From contig CANFJP010000001.1 in assembly GCA_947447485.1 (NCBI GenBank), positions 1,145 to 65,144 on the forward strand: a stretch of DNA of 64,000 nucleotides, read 5' to 3'. Under the pieces are notes generated by a model. That model worked only from the letters and a program-made list of their open reading frames with translations, was not told where the DNA came from and ran no database searches. This document shows positions 10,855 to 20,743 of this stretch, piece after piece. This DNA comes from Chitinophagaceae bacterium (GTDB lineage Bacteria > Bacteroidota > Bacteroidia > Chitinophagales > Chitinophagaceae). Each line of letters begins with the position of its first letter. Positions within the stretch are counted from its first letter, which is position 1. Made by a program: the position numbers and the translations under genes.

Positions 10855-10979
10855 ATAATTTTTTATGTTTTGCTCAACTGTTATTTTGATCTGTTTGTAT
10901 ATTTATCAATTATTTATTTATTTCAAGCGGGCTAATTTGATTTAATACATTTATATTGCACCTTTAAATATTTGATTTT

Positions 10980-11504
10980 ATGGAGTATAACAAATTAGTA
11001 GCTGTAACCGGGCTTAGCGGTTTATTTGAATTGGTTTCCTCAAAAGCTGACGGAGGTATCGTTCGTTCTTTAGAAGACAAAAGTACCAAATTTGTAAGTA
11101 ACAGACTGCATGCATTTTCGCACTTAGAAAGCATAGAGGTTTTTACAACAGAAGACAATGTGAATTTGGTGGAAGTTTTTGAAGCCATGAATACCAGTAA
11201 AGAAAAGTTACCTGATGCCAAAGCGGATGCTAAAGACATTCAAGCGTATTTCAAAAAGACGTATCCTGCTATGGATTTAGAAAGAGTCTATGGGAGTGAT
11301 ATGAAAAAGATGATTAAGTGGTTTGATATCTTAAAAAAGAATAATATAGAAATAAAGCTATCTGAAGAAACCGCAGAAGATGCTGCTGCTGATGTTGTTT
11401 CAGAAAAGAAAACAGCTGCTGCTTCTAAAACGGTTACACCAAAAGCCGCTGCCGTAAAAAATGGTCCCGCGAAGAAAATAAACACGCCTAGAAAAATGGC
11501 TTAA
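10980..11504 (+). CDS. DUF5606-family Bacteroidota protein with Ala/Lys-rich tail
   Basis: LVAVTGLSGLFELVS...LESIEVFT...ERVYGSDMKKMIKWF pattern. Confidence 0.8.
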   Translation: MEYNKLVAVTGLSGLFELVSSKADGGIVRSLEDKSTKFVSNRLHAFSHLESIEVFTTEDNVNLVEVFEAMNTSKEKLPDAKADAKDIQAYFKKTYPAMDLERVYGSDMKKMIKWFDILKKNNIEIKLSEETAEDAAADVVSEKKTAAASKTVTPKAAAVKNGPAKKINTPRKMA

Positions 11505-11535
11505 GTTGATGTATAACATTTTATTTTAAACAATT

Positions 11536-11559
11536 AATTTCCGCCACAGGCGGATTTTT
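11536..11559 (+). terminator. Terminator-like hairpin after the DUF5606 gene
   Basis: TCCGCC-aca-GGCGGA followed by TTTTT. Confidence 0.55.
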
Positions 11560-11562
11560 GCT

Positions 11563-13281
11563 ATGACATATTCAGCCGACATAAAAAAAATAACCAGAAA
11601 CTTTTTACCGCAAAATTTTTCAATTACCGATTGGTCATCTCTAGAACCTTTTTTTAAAAATCTGTTGGACAGAGAGATATCTTCAAAAGAAGAGTTAGGT
11701 AAATGGCTAAAAGATCAAAGTGAATTAGAAACAGTCGTAAGTGAAGATGCTTGCTGGCGTCAAATAAAAATGACTTGTGATACGCAAAACAAAGAATTAG
11801 AGACTGCCTTTAATTTCTTTTGTATGGAAATTCAGCCAAAGATTCAACCCTTTGCAGATGCGCTCAATAAAAAATTATTACAATCTCCTTTTTTAGCAGA
11901 ATTAGATGAAAAAAAATATTTTACTTATTTGCGCAATGTTCGAAAAAGCATCGACTTGTTTAGAGAAGCCAATATTCCCTTACAAGCCGAAGTGGCTGTA
12001 TTGCAGCAGCAGTATGGACAAATTACTGGCGCTATGACGATTGAGGTGGACGGAAAAGAATATACACTTCAACAAGCAGGTAAATTTTTAGAAAGTCATA
12101 ATAGAGCGATTAGAGAAGAAGTGTATCGTAAAATACAAGAGAGAAGACTACAAGACAAAGATAAATTGGATGAGCTGTATGATACATTAATAGTCTTAAG
12201 AAACAAAGAAGCTATTAATGCCGGCTTTGATAATTATCGTGATTATCGATTTAAAGAATTAGGACGATTTGATTACAATAAAGAAGATTGCTATCGTTTT
12301 CACGAAGCAGTAAAATTGCATGTATTGCCATTGGTAAATGATATTTATAAAAAGAAGCAAGCTTTATTGGGGGTTGACAAACTCATGTCATGGGATCTTG
12401 AAGCAGAACCTCAAGGAACAAAACCTTTGCATCCTTTTGAAACAGGAGAGGAATTGCTTAATAAGTCCATCGAATGTTTTAAAAATCTTGATCCATTTTT
12501 TGGTGATTGTCTAACTAAGATGAATGAATTAAAACACCTTGATTTGGAAAGTCGTCAGGGGAAAGCGCCCGGAGGATACAATTGTCCGTTGGCAGAAAGT
12601 GGTGCGCCATTTATTTTTATGAATGCCGCAGGTCAAATGCACGATGTAACTACCATGGTGCACGAAGGGGGTCATGCCATTCATTCTTTTCTTTCTCATG
12701 AATTAGAATTAAATGGATTTAAAGAGTATCCAATGGAGATTGCAGAAGTAGCGAGTATGGCGATGGAATTGTTTAGCATGGATTATTGGGAAACTTTTTT
12801 TGATAACGCAGACGATTTGAAAAGAGCAAAAATTCATCAGCTAGAAAGAGTAATTACTATTTTTCCATGGATTGCAATTATTGATAAGTTTCAACATTGG
12901 ATCTATGAACATCCCATTCACACGCATGAAGAGAGAACAATCACCTGGATAAAAATACTTGCCGAATTTAAAGATGAGGTTATTGATTACAGCCAACTTG
13001 ATAAGTATCGTAGTAATTCTTGGCAACGTCAGTTGCATTTGTTTGAAGTGCCCTTTTATTATATCGAATATGGAATTGCTCAACTCGGAGCAATCGGTAT
13101 GTGGATGCAGTTTAAGAAGGACAAGAGCAAAGCGCTTGATAATTATTGCAAAGCATTGCAACTTGGCGGTACAAAAAAATTACCCGAACTATATCAAACG
13201 GCAGGATTAGAATTTGACTTTTCTCCTGAAAAAATAAAGGTGTTAATGGAATTTGTAAAAACCGAAATGGATGCCTTATAG
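11563..13281 (+). CDS. M3-family oligoendopeptidase (PepF-like)
   Basis: HEGGH zinc motif, EIAEVASMAME, FYYIEYGIAQLGA. Confidence 0.93.
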   Translation: MTYSADIKKITRNFLPQNFSITDWSSLEPFFKNLLDREISSKEELGKWLKDQSELETVVSEDACWRQIKMTCDTQNKELETAFNFFCMEIQPKIQPFADALNKKLLQSPFLAELDEKKYFTYLRNVRKSIDLFREANIPLQAEVAVLQQQYGQITGAMTIEVDGKEYTLQQAGKFLESHNRAIREEVYRKIQERRLQDKDKLDELYDTLIVLRNKEAINAGFDNYRDYRFKELGRFDYNKEDCYRFHEAVKLHVLPLVNDIYKKKQALLGVDKLMSWDLEAEPQGTKPLHPFETGEELLNKSIECFKNLDPFFGDCLTKMNELKHLDLESRQGKAPGGYNCPLAESGAPFIFMNAAGQMHDVTTMVHEGGHAIHSFLSHELELNGFKEYPMEIAEVASMAMELFSMDYWETFFDNADDLKRAKIHQLERVITIFPWIAIIDKFQHWIYEHPIHTHEERTITWIKILAEFKDEVIDYSQLDKYRSNSWQRQLHLFEVPFYYIEYGIAQLGAIGMWMQFKKDKSKALDNYCKALQLGGTKKLPELYQTAGLEFDFSPEKIKVLMEFVKTEMDAL

Positions 13282-13308
13282 TTTTTGTGTATCAGAGATT
13301 TTAGTAAA

Positions 13309-13728
13309 TTAATTTCCTCTGCATTCATTGCAAATTCCTTTTACAATCATAGCAGATTGAGAAGGCTTGAAACCTTTTGGAAGTTTTACATTTGGCACTG
13401 TTACATCATCTAAGCAAATAGTCTTGTTGCATTTATCGCAAACAAAATGAACATGCTCATCATGATGATGACCTGCTTCGCAACTGTCTTTACACAAAGC
13501 ATATAAAATAGCATTGTCTGTTGTAGGTATTTGATGAATAATTCCTTTGTCTACAAAAGTTTGTAACGTACGATACACAGTCACCCTGTCAAATGCGCCT
13601 TCCGTTTGCTTTTCAATATCCGCATGTGCTAGTGCATCTCCGCGTTCTAAAAAAAGTTCGAGAATTTTTCTTCTTCCTTCTGTAACACTTAGGTTATTCT
13701 TTTTTAAAATTGATAGATTCTGGTTCAT
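13309..13728 (-). CDS. Fur-family transcriptional regulator, Zur-like
   Basis: DRVTVYRTL recognition helix; HHHDEHVHFVCDKC and terminal CNEC. Confidence 0.9.
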   Translation of the reverse strand: MNQNLSILKKNNLSVTEGRRKILELFLERGDALAHADIEKQTEGAFDRVTVYRTLQTFVDKGIIHQIPTTDNAILYALCKDSCEAGHHHDEHVHFVCDKCNKTICLDDVTVPNVKLPKGFKPSQSAMIVKGICNECRGN

Positions 13729-13739
13729 TGTAAAAAATG

Positions 13740-14471
13740 CTAATTAGGTGAATTGCTAAATCCATTCAAAAATCTTGTGTGATCTACTTTTTCTTTAAGC
13801 AATGCAGGTATATCTTTTATTAGTTTTAAAATTTCTTCTTCAATCAATCCATCGTAAATAGCCCTTACTCTTCCGTATTTATCTACCAAAGCAAAGAATT
13901 GGGTATGAATAAATTGGTCTTCAATTCTTTGAGAGCTATCGGGCTTACCATTATCGATCATGTATCCTTGTCTGGCTAGTTTATATAAATCATCTTTTTT
14001 GCCTGTTACAAATTTCCAATTAGGGTTGTGAAGCACATTCATCGAATCTTTGCTTCCTTCAATTTTATAAGAGCCATCTTGTTTTTTAATTAATGTCCCA
14101 GTAATCATTTTTGCTTCATACGATTTTAATCTATCAACGCTGTCAACTTCTGGCATACAGGTATGCGAAACAATCATAAAATCTGGTTCATCTTTAAAGG
14201 CATCAAATACTCTTCTCATGTTTGCATTCATTTTTGGACAAATGCCTTTACAAGTGGTAAAAAAATATTCTGCTACATATACTTTCTCCTCAGTATTTTT
14301 TTGACTAAATGCTTTTCCATTTTGATCAATCAATTCAAATGGTGGAATCGTAGCATTAATAATAGGAAGGGGGGCATCTGTAAATGGGTGTTCTTTAAAA
14401 ATAGCCAAGTAAAAGCCACCCAACAGCAACGTAAAAAAAACTACATAAATCCAAATTCTATTCTTTTTCAT
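13740..14471 (-). CDS. SCO1/SenC-family copper chaperone
   Basis: Start moved to ATG 14471; N-terminal TM; FFTTCKGICPKM CxxxC; FIHTQFFALVD. Confidence 0.9.
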   Translation of the reverse strand: MKKNRIWIYVVFFTLLLGGFYLAIFKEHPFTDAPLPIINATIPPFELIDQNGKAFSQKNTEEKVYVAEYFFTTCKGICPKMNANMRRVFDAFKDEPDFMIVSHTCMPEVDSVDRLKSYEAKMITGTLIKKQDGSYKIEGSKDSMNVLHNPNWKFVTGKKDDLYKLARQGYMIDNGKPDSSQRIEDQFIHTQFFALVDKYGRVRAIYDGLIEEEILKLIKDIPALLKEKVDHTRFLNGFSNSPN

Positions 14472-14547
14472 CAATTGATTAATTGTTTTGTAAAGGTACG
14501 AATCAAATAGGACGACACTGATGTGGTTTAGTGTCGAATGAACAAAC

Positions 14548-14564
14548 TTGCAACAATAGTGCAA
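14548..14564. promoter_or_regulatory. Palindrome TTGCA-N7-TGCAA, candidate Fur/Zur-family operator
   Basis: TTGCAACAATAGTGCAA ends 6 nt before the -7 element of the merC-like gene. Confidence 0.5.
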
Positions 14565-14570
14565 AATTAG

Positions 14571-14578
14571 TATCTTTG
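14571..14578 (+). promoter_or_regulatory. -7 element TATCTTTG of merC-like gene
   Basis: Exact TAnnTTTG, 7 nt before ATG. Confidence 0.7.
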
Positions 14579-14585
14579 TCTTGAT

Positions 14586-14975
14586 ATGAACATTAAATTA
14601 AATTGGGATGGAGTGGGGATTGCAACCTCAATCTTATGTGCAATACATTGTGGATTACTTCCACTAGTGATTCCTATACTTCCATTATTTGGTGTTAATA
14701 TTGTTCACAATCTTTTTTTTGAATGGGGTATGATTTTATTGGCTTTTATTGTTGGAATATACTCTTTGGTTCATGGCTATATTAAACACCACCACTCTTT
14801 AAAAGCTATTTATATTTTTATCATTGGGTTTTTATTTTTGGTTTTAAAACAGTTTTTCTTCGATTTTCAATATTGGCTACTTTCCATAGCCGTGTTATGT
14901 ATTATTTCTGCTCATTTTATCAATTATAGATATTGCGTTAGAAGTAAATGCAATTCTCCACATCACAAGCATTAA
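14586..14975 (+). CDS. MerC-domain membrane protein
   Basis: WDGVGIATSILCAIHCGLLP motif, four hydrophobic segments, His/Cys C-terminus (CNSPHHKH). Confidence 0.85.
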   Translation: MNIKLNWDGVGIATSILCAIHCGLLPLVIPILPLFGVNIVHNLFFEWGMILLAFIVGIYSLVHGYIKHHHSLKAIYIFIIGFLFLVLKQFFFDFQYWLLSIAVLCIISAHFINYRYCVRSKCNSPHHKH

Positions 14976-15009
14976 TAGTATTCTTCCATATTTTAATAAA
15001 TATTTTTTT

Positions 15010-15435
15010 ATGAAAAGACTTTCATTTGTGTTGATATTTATTTTTATAACTGTTGTTTCATTTGCGCAATCGAAAGCTGAAAAAATGATTCGATCTTCTA
15101 TGGATAAACAGATTTCTTGTTGGAACAATGGCGATATAGAAGGATTTATGAATACTTATTGGAAAAATGACTCATTGATGTTTATTGGTAAAAGTGGCGT
15201 TACCTATGGCTGGGCAAATACCTTGGCAAATTATAAAAGAGGATATCCCGATACAATTTCAATGGGCAAACTTACTTTTACAATTGTTACAATCAAACAG
15301 CTATCATCAAAATATTATACGGTGGTAGGAAAATGGCATTTAAGCAGAACGGTAGGAAATTTGCAGGGTCACTTCTCTCTTGTGTTTAAAAAAATCCATA
15401 ACAAATGGGTGATCATTCAAGACCATAGTAGCTAG
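15010..15435 (+). CDS. NTF2-like (DUF4440/YybH) secreted protein
   Basis: Signal peptide; WNNGDIEGFMNTYW; WVIIQDHSS end. Confidence 0.85.
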   Translation: MKRLSFVLIFIFITVVSFAQSKAEKMIRSSMDKQISCWNNGDIEGFMNTYWKNDSLMFIGKSGVTYGWANTLANYKRGYPDTISMGKLTFTIVTIKQLSSKYYTVVGKWHLSRTVGNLQGHFSLVFKKIHNKWVIIQDHSS

Positions 15436-15436
15436 T

Positions 15437-15649
15437 CTATACTTTCCATTTTCGTTTTAAATGAACTATTAAAGCAATCATAGTAGCAATAAAAAGGAAA
15501 TAGTAAACGATGTTTCCCACAGTTGGTGCCTTTTCAAAAAAAGCATATCCAAAATAAATCCCTACAATTACATTTACCATCATCCATAGCAATACCCACG
15601 AAATGGTATTTAGGATTAAAATTAAAAAAGCTCTTGTCTCGTCTTCCAT
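15437..15649 (-). CDS. Small two-TM hypothetical membrane protein
   Basis: ATG 15649 (MEDETRAF) lies 7 nt downstream of a TATTTTTG -7 element (15657-15664). Confidence 0.7.
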   Translation of the reverse strand: MEDETRAFLILILNTISWVLLWMMVNVIVGIYFGYAFFEKAPTVGNIVYYFLFIATMIALIVHLKRKWKV

Positions 15650-15733
15650 AATACTGCAAAAATAATAAGCTGATAAGGTTACCTTAAAATAAAGCACTAC
15701 GCTGTAAGCTAAATTACTAGTAATTTTGTTGTC

Positions 15734-16765
15734 ATGCCAAGGTTTAACCGAAACGATACTTTTAATCTATTGAGTAAGCTTAGTTTTACTCGCTTATGGA
15801 ATGCAAGTAAGATACTAACTAGTTTTTATGTAAGTCGTTTAACCGGTCGGCCAATACAATGGGGAGTACCTATGTCTATTTCCTTTGAGCCAACTACCAG
15901 CTGCAATCTTCGTTGTCCAGAATGTCCTAGTGGGCTGAGGGCTTTTTCTCGCCCAACGGGCATGTTGAAAAATGATTTTTTTACCGAAACAATCGATCAA
16001 ATACATCAACATCTGATTTATCTCATATTTTATTTCCAAGGAGAGCCTTATCTTAATCCTGATTTTTTATCAATGGTTCAATACGCCTCTTCTAAAAATA
16101 TATATACCGCCACCTCTACGAATGCACATTACCTTACAGAGGAGGCTGCAAAAAAAACCGTGGAGAGTGGACTCGATCGACTGATTATCTCTATTGATGG
16201 AACAACACAGGATGTTTATAAACAATACAGAGTGGGGGGTAATGTAGATAAAGTGATTGAAGGAACTAAAAATATAATTAAATGGAGAAAAGAACTGAAT
16301 AGTAAAACGCCTTTCATTTTTTTTCAGTTTTTAGTGGTAAAGCCCAATGAACATCAAATAGAGGATATTAAGAAACTAGCAAAAGAAATTGGAGTGGATG
16401 AAGTAAGATTTAAAACTGCTCAAGTGTATGACTTCGAAACAGACCCCAATCAACTTATTCCTGATAATGATAAATTTAGCAGATACAAAAAAGACAAAAA
16501 TGGAACTTATAAGTCGAAAAACAAATTGGCTAATCATTGCTGGAAATTGTGGCATGCAAATGTTATCACTTGGGATGGGTTAGTGGTTCCTTGTTGTTTC
16601 GATAAAGATGCTATGCATCAATTGGGGTCATTAAAAAATGATTCTTTTAAAAATATTTGGAAAAACAACAACTATAAACAATTTCGAAGCGAATTAATGA
16701 AGGGAAGAAAAAACATTGATATCTGTTCTAATTGCAGCGAAGGCGCTTCTGTTTGGAAGGATTAG
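15734..16765 (+). CDS. Radical SAM protein with SPASM/twitch auxiliary domain
   Basis: CNLRCPEC CxxxCxxC; FQGEPYL; C-terminal CWKLW...PCC...CSNC; TAATTTTG -7 element at 15721-15728. Confidence 0.92.
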   Translation: MPRFNRNDTFNLLSKLSFTRLWNASKILTSFYVSRLTGRPIQWGVPMSISFEPTTSCNLRCPECPSGLRAFSRPTGMLKNDFFTETIDQIHQHLIYLIFYFQGEPYLNPDFLSMVQYASSKNIYTATSTNAHYLTEEAAKKTVESGLDRLIISIDGTTQDVYKQYRVGGNVDKVIEGTKNIIKWRKELNSKTPFIFFQFLVVKPNEHQIEDIKKLAKEIGVDEVRFKTAQVYDFETDPNQLIPDNDKFSRYKKDKNGTYKSKNKLANHCWKLWHANVITWDGLVVPCCFDKDAMHQLGSLKNDSFKNIWKNNNYKQFRSELMKGRKNIDICSNCSEGASVWKD

Positions 16766-16792
16766 TTAGTAATATAAAATTAATTTCCTTTT

Positions 16793-17845
16793 ATGACAAC
16801 ACCGCATTTTAATCAAAGGCTCCGACAAATTTTTCTATTCGGCCTTATCATTTTTATTACTGCATTGTTGATTTCTCAATTAAAGGTTTTTATTCCAGGC
16901 TTATTGGGAGGTATTACATTGTTTGTATTAAGTCGCACTTTTTTTTATAAGCTTGTATTTGTCAATAAATGGAAAAGAGGGCTTTCGGCATTGGCTATTA
17001 TTTTCTTCTATTTAATCATCATCACGATACCAATATACTTTAGTATTGCTCTTGTTTCTCCAAAAATTCATTCTATTGCTGATAATCAGGAAAAGGTCAT
17101 TCAAGGAGTGCAAACTGCCGCCGCACAAATTAAAGAACGCACAGGGATTTCAATTTTAACAATGAGTAATGCCAAAACTATTACAGAAAAAATTTCAATA
17201 CTCCTTCTGCAAATAGTAAATAGCACTTTTAATATTTTTGCCAATCTTTTAATGATGTTTTTTCTTTTCTATTATCTTCTTGTAAATGGAAAAGAGATAG
17301 AAGGGTATTTGAATAAAATCATTCCGCTGAAACCAGAAAATATTAGAACATTGGCAAAAGAGACCACTTTAATGGTTAAGGCCAATGCGTTAGGCATTCC
17401 ACTGATTTGTATTATTCAAGGTATTTTTGCAGCCATTGGATATTGGATATTTGGATTACAAGATTGGGCATTATGGGGAGTTATAACTGGGCTATTTGCT
17501 TTTTTCCCCCTTGTTGGAACCATGATTATATGGGTTCCCTTGGTAATCGTGCTTTTTGCTCAAGGCCTTAGTTGGCAAGCTATTTCATTATCATTTTACA
17601 GTTTAATTATAACAGGAAATGTAGATTATGTGGCGAGATTAACTTTGATGAAAAAAATGGGAAACGTACATCCTATCGTAACTGTTTTAGGAGTAATTGT
17701 AGGCCTAAATTTATTTGGATTTATGGGACTTATTTTTGGACCATTGCTATTAACGTATTTTATCATTTTATTAAAAATATATATTAGTGAATTTGAACAC
17801 AGAGAAAATACAAGCAATACATTTACATCTAGTGAGGAGTTGTAA
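16793..17845 (+). CDS. AI-2E family transporter
   Basis: Multi-TM; NVDYVAR...GNVHPIVTVLGVIVGLNLFGFMGLIFGPLL signature. Confidence 0.92.
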   Translation: MTTPHFNQRLRQIFLFGLIIFITALLISQLKVFIPGLLGGITLFVLSRTFFYKLVFVNKWKRGLSALAIIFFYLIIITIPIYFSIALVSPKIHSIADNQEKVIQGVQTAAAQIKERTGISILTMSNAKTITEKISILLLQIVNSTFNIFANLLMMFFLFYYLLVNGKEIEGYLNKIIPLKPENIRTLAKETTLMVKANALGIPLICIIQGIFAAIGYWIFGLQDWALWGVITGLFAFFPLVGTMIIWVPLVIVLFAQGLSWQAISLSFYSLIITGNVDYVARLTLMKKMGNVHPIVTVLGVIVGLNLFGFMGLIFGPLLLTYFIILLKIYISEFEHRENTSNTFTSSEEL

Positions 17846-17853
17846 AATTATAT

Positions 17854-19074
17854 TTGAATAAAAAATTAATATCAGTGGTTCAAAAATTAATTATTTTCTT
17901 ATTGTTATTTGTGTGTTTTGGAAAGGCAGCCTTTGCTCAGCAGGTAATTCAAAAGCCTGAAATGAGAGCAGTATGGGTAGCTACTGTTGGAAATATAGAT
18001 TGGCCAGATAGACCCACTACTAATAGCGAAGAACTAAAAGCTTCTTTTATTCGCTTACTTGATATGCACCAGCGCAATGGAATGAATACGCTGATTGTGC
18101 AGATAAGACCTTCTTCTGATGCGATGTATCCCTCTGCGTTTGATCCTTGGAGTGAATGGCTTACTGGCAAACAAGGGACACCACCAGTACCGTATTTCGA
18201 TCCACTTGAATTCATGGTTACAGAAACACATAAAAGAGGAATGGAATTTCATGCGTGGATCAATCCTTATAGGGCTGTATTAAATATTTATCATTCTTCT
18301 ATTACCTCTACTCATGTCACAAAGCAACATCCAGAGTGGTTCATTACTTATGGAGAAAAAAAATATTTTGATCCTGCAAATAAAGAAGCGCAACAATATG
18401 TAGTAAATGTGGTACAAGATGTAGTGAATCGATATAATGTTGACGCGATTCATATTGATGATTATTTTTATCCTTATCCCATTCCAGGAAAGCCTTTCCC
18501 AGATCGTGCTTCCTATCTTAAGTATGGAAATAATTTATCTATCGATGACTGGAGAAGAAGCAATGTGGATTCTATTATATTAAAATTACACAACACCATT
18601 AAGCAAACGAATAGCCATTGTCAATTTGGGGTGAGTCCTTTTGGTGTATGGCGAAATGCTGATAAAGATCCAAGAGGAAGCAATACCAAAGCCGGTCCCA
18701 CTGACTATGATTATTTGTATGCAGATATTTTACTTTGGTTAAAAAATGGATGGGTTGATTATGTTGCGCCACAATTATATTGGGAAATAGGGCACAAGCT
18801 CGCTCCTTATGAAGTGCTGATTGACTGGTGGAGTAAAAATACCTATGGTAAAAACTGCTATATAGGATTGGCAATGTATAGAGCAGGGTCTAATAGGGCA
18901 TGGAGAGAGGTTTCACAAATACCCAAGCAAATCGAAAAAATAAGAAACACGCCTAATATTCAAGGAATGATCTTTTATAGTAGCAAGTCTTTTGAAAAAA
19001 ATCCCAATGGATGGAGTGATAGCCTTAGGCTCAATTATTTTAAAACTCCGGCCCCAACGCCTAAGAGTAAATAG
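17854..19074 (+). CDS. Glycoside hydrolase family 10-like (GHL10/DUF187) secreted protein
   Basis: EMRAVWVATV, GMEFHAWINPYR, DAIHIDDYFYPY, DYVAPQLYW; true start may be GTG 17875 because a TATATTTG -7 element overlaps the TTG. Confidence 0.88.
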   Translation: MNKKLISVVQKLIIFLLLFVCFGKAAFAQQVIQKPEMRAVWVATVGNIDWPDRPTTNSEELKASFIRLLDMHQRNGMNTLIVQIRPSSDAMYPSAFDPWSEWLTGKQGTPPVPYFDPLEFMVTETHKRGMEFHAWINPYRAVLNIYHSSITSTHVTKQHPEWFITYGEKKYFDPANKEAQQYVVNVVQDVVNRYNVDAIHIDDYFYPYPIPGKPFPDRASYLKYGNNLSIDDWRRSNVDSIILKLHNTIKQTNSHCQFGVSPFGVWRNADKDPRGSNTKAGPTDYDYLYADILLWLKNGWVDYVAPQLYWEIGHKLAPYEVLIDWWSKNTYGKNCYIGLAMYRAGSNRAWREVSQIPKQIEKIRNTPNIQGMIFYSSKSFEKNPNGWSDSLRLNYFKTPAPTPKSK

Positions 19075-19242
19075 TTGTATTATACCATTGTTTCCCCCGT
19101 TTCTCAATATTTACTTGTTGATTGTCGTAAAAAAAAATAACAGTTTTTGTTACATTTAAAGCGATGCAATATTGTAATTTTATGCTAGAATAAGGATATG
19201 AATGGGGCATAATTAACAAATGACTGCTCCAGAAGAATTTTA

Positions 19243-20733
19243 ATGAATATGGCACTTCATCAAACTTTTCAACATAAGCTGCTTCAAAAGCTTTCGCCTC
19301 AGCAAATTCAATTGATGAAATTGCTGCAGGTTCCTACTGCTTATTTGGAAGAAAGAATAAAGGAAGAGCTAGAAGAAAACCCAGCTTTAGAACACGGAGA
19401 AGATAGCTACGAAGATGATATTGATAAAAAGGATGAGTTTGCTGATGAAACCGATAGCGACATAGATTTAGATGGAAGTGAGGAAGAGTATGATAACATA
19501 GATGTGAGCGAGTATGTTCAAGAAGGGGATGATGAAGTGGGAGATTATAAATTAAGAGATGAAAATTATCCTGAGCTAAATGATGATAGAGTTATTCCTG
19601 TAAAAGTAGAGGCCTCTTTTAATGAGCTAATGTTATTGCAACTAGGCCTATTAAAATTAAATCAGGAAGAAGGGAAAATTGCAGAACAAATAGTGGGGAG
19701 TTTGGATGACGATGGATACCTAAGAAGAGACGTATCTGCTATCATTGACGATCTCGCCTTCAGACAAAATATTGAGGCAACGGAAGAACAGATAAAAAAA
19801 TTAATTACTCAAATTCAGCAATTTGATCCTGCAGGTGTAGGCGCAAGAAATCTACAAGAATGTTTACTACTACAACTTCAAAGAAAAACAAATCAGGGAG
19901 AGCATGTTGAATGGGCAATGAAAGTGTTGGATAAATATTTCGAAGAATTTACAAAGAAGCATTATGAAAAAATTCAAAAAGGATTAAACCTTTCAGATGC
20001 ACAACTCAGAGAAATTATTAATCAGATTATTAAACTTAATCCTAAGCCTGGAAGCAATATCGGCGATTCAGCCAAAGGACAAAATTACATTATACCAGAT
20101 TTCTTTATAACCAATAACAATGGAATATTAGAGTTGTTGTTGAATAGTAAAAATGCTCCTGATTTGCGTATTAGTGAAGGGTATAGAGATATGCTCAAAG
20201 AATATGAAAAAGGAACTAAGAAAGACAAACGTCAAAAGGAAGCGGTGTTGTTTATAAAACAAAAATTAGATTCTGCTAAATGGTTTATTGATGCAATCAA
20301 ACAACGACAAACCACTTTGCTCAATACTATGGAAGCAATTATGAATTATCAGCATGCATTTTTTCTTACTGGTGATGAAATAGATTTGAAGCCAATGATA
20401 TTAAAAGATATTGCAGAAGAAACCAATTTAGATATTTCTACGATTAGCAGGGTAGCCAATAGTAAGTTTGTACAAACGGAATTTGGCACCTATCGACTTA
20501 AGTTTTTCTTCAGTGAAAGTCTGCAAACAGAAAGTGGAGAGGAAGTGAGCACAAGAGAAGTGAAAAAAATTCTAACAGACATTATACATGCGGAAAGTAA
20601 AAAACATCCACATAGTGATGAAAAATTAACTGAAATGCTTCAAGAAAAAGGGTATAACATTGCTAGGCGAACAGTAGCAAAATATAGGGAACAGCTAAAT
20701 ATTTCAGTTGCCCGACTAAGAAAAATATTATAA
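19243..20733 (+). CDS. rpoN: RNA polymerase sigma-54 factor
   Basis: Gln/Leu-rich region I (QKLSPQQIQLMKLLQ), DISTISRVAN HTH, RpoN box ARRTVAKYRE. Confidence 0.98.
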   Translation: MNMALHQTFQHKLLQKLSPQQIQLMKLLQVPTAYLEERIKEELEENPALEHGEDSYEDDIDKKDEFADETDSDIDLDGSEEEYDNIDVSEYVQEGDDEVGDYKLRDENYPELNDDRVIPVKVEASFNELMLLQLGLLKLNQEEGKIAEQIVGSLDDDGYLRRDVSAIIDDLAFRQNIEATEEQIKKLITQIQQFDPAGVGARNLQECLLLQLQRKTNQGEHVEWAMKVLDKYFEEFTKKHYEKIQKGLNLSDAQLREIINQIIKLNPKPGSNIGDSAKGQNYIIPDFFITNNNGILELLLNSKNAPDLRISEGYRDMLKEYEKGTKKDKRQKEAVLFIKQKLDSAKWFIDAIKQRQTTLLNTMEAIMNYQHAFFLTGDEIDLKPMILKDIAEETNLDISTISRVANSKFVQTEFGTYRLKFFFSESLQTESGEEVSTREVKKILTDIIHAESKKHPHSDEKLTEMLQEKGYNIARRTVAKYREQLNISVARLRKIL

Positions 20734-20743
20734 TAAAAAGGAT

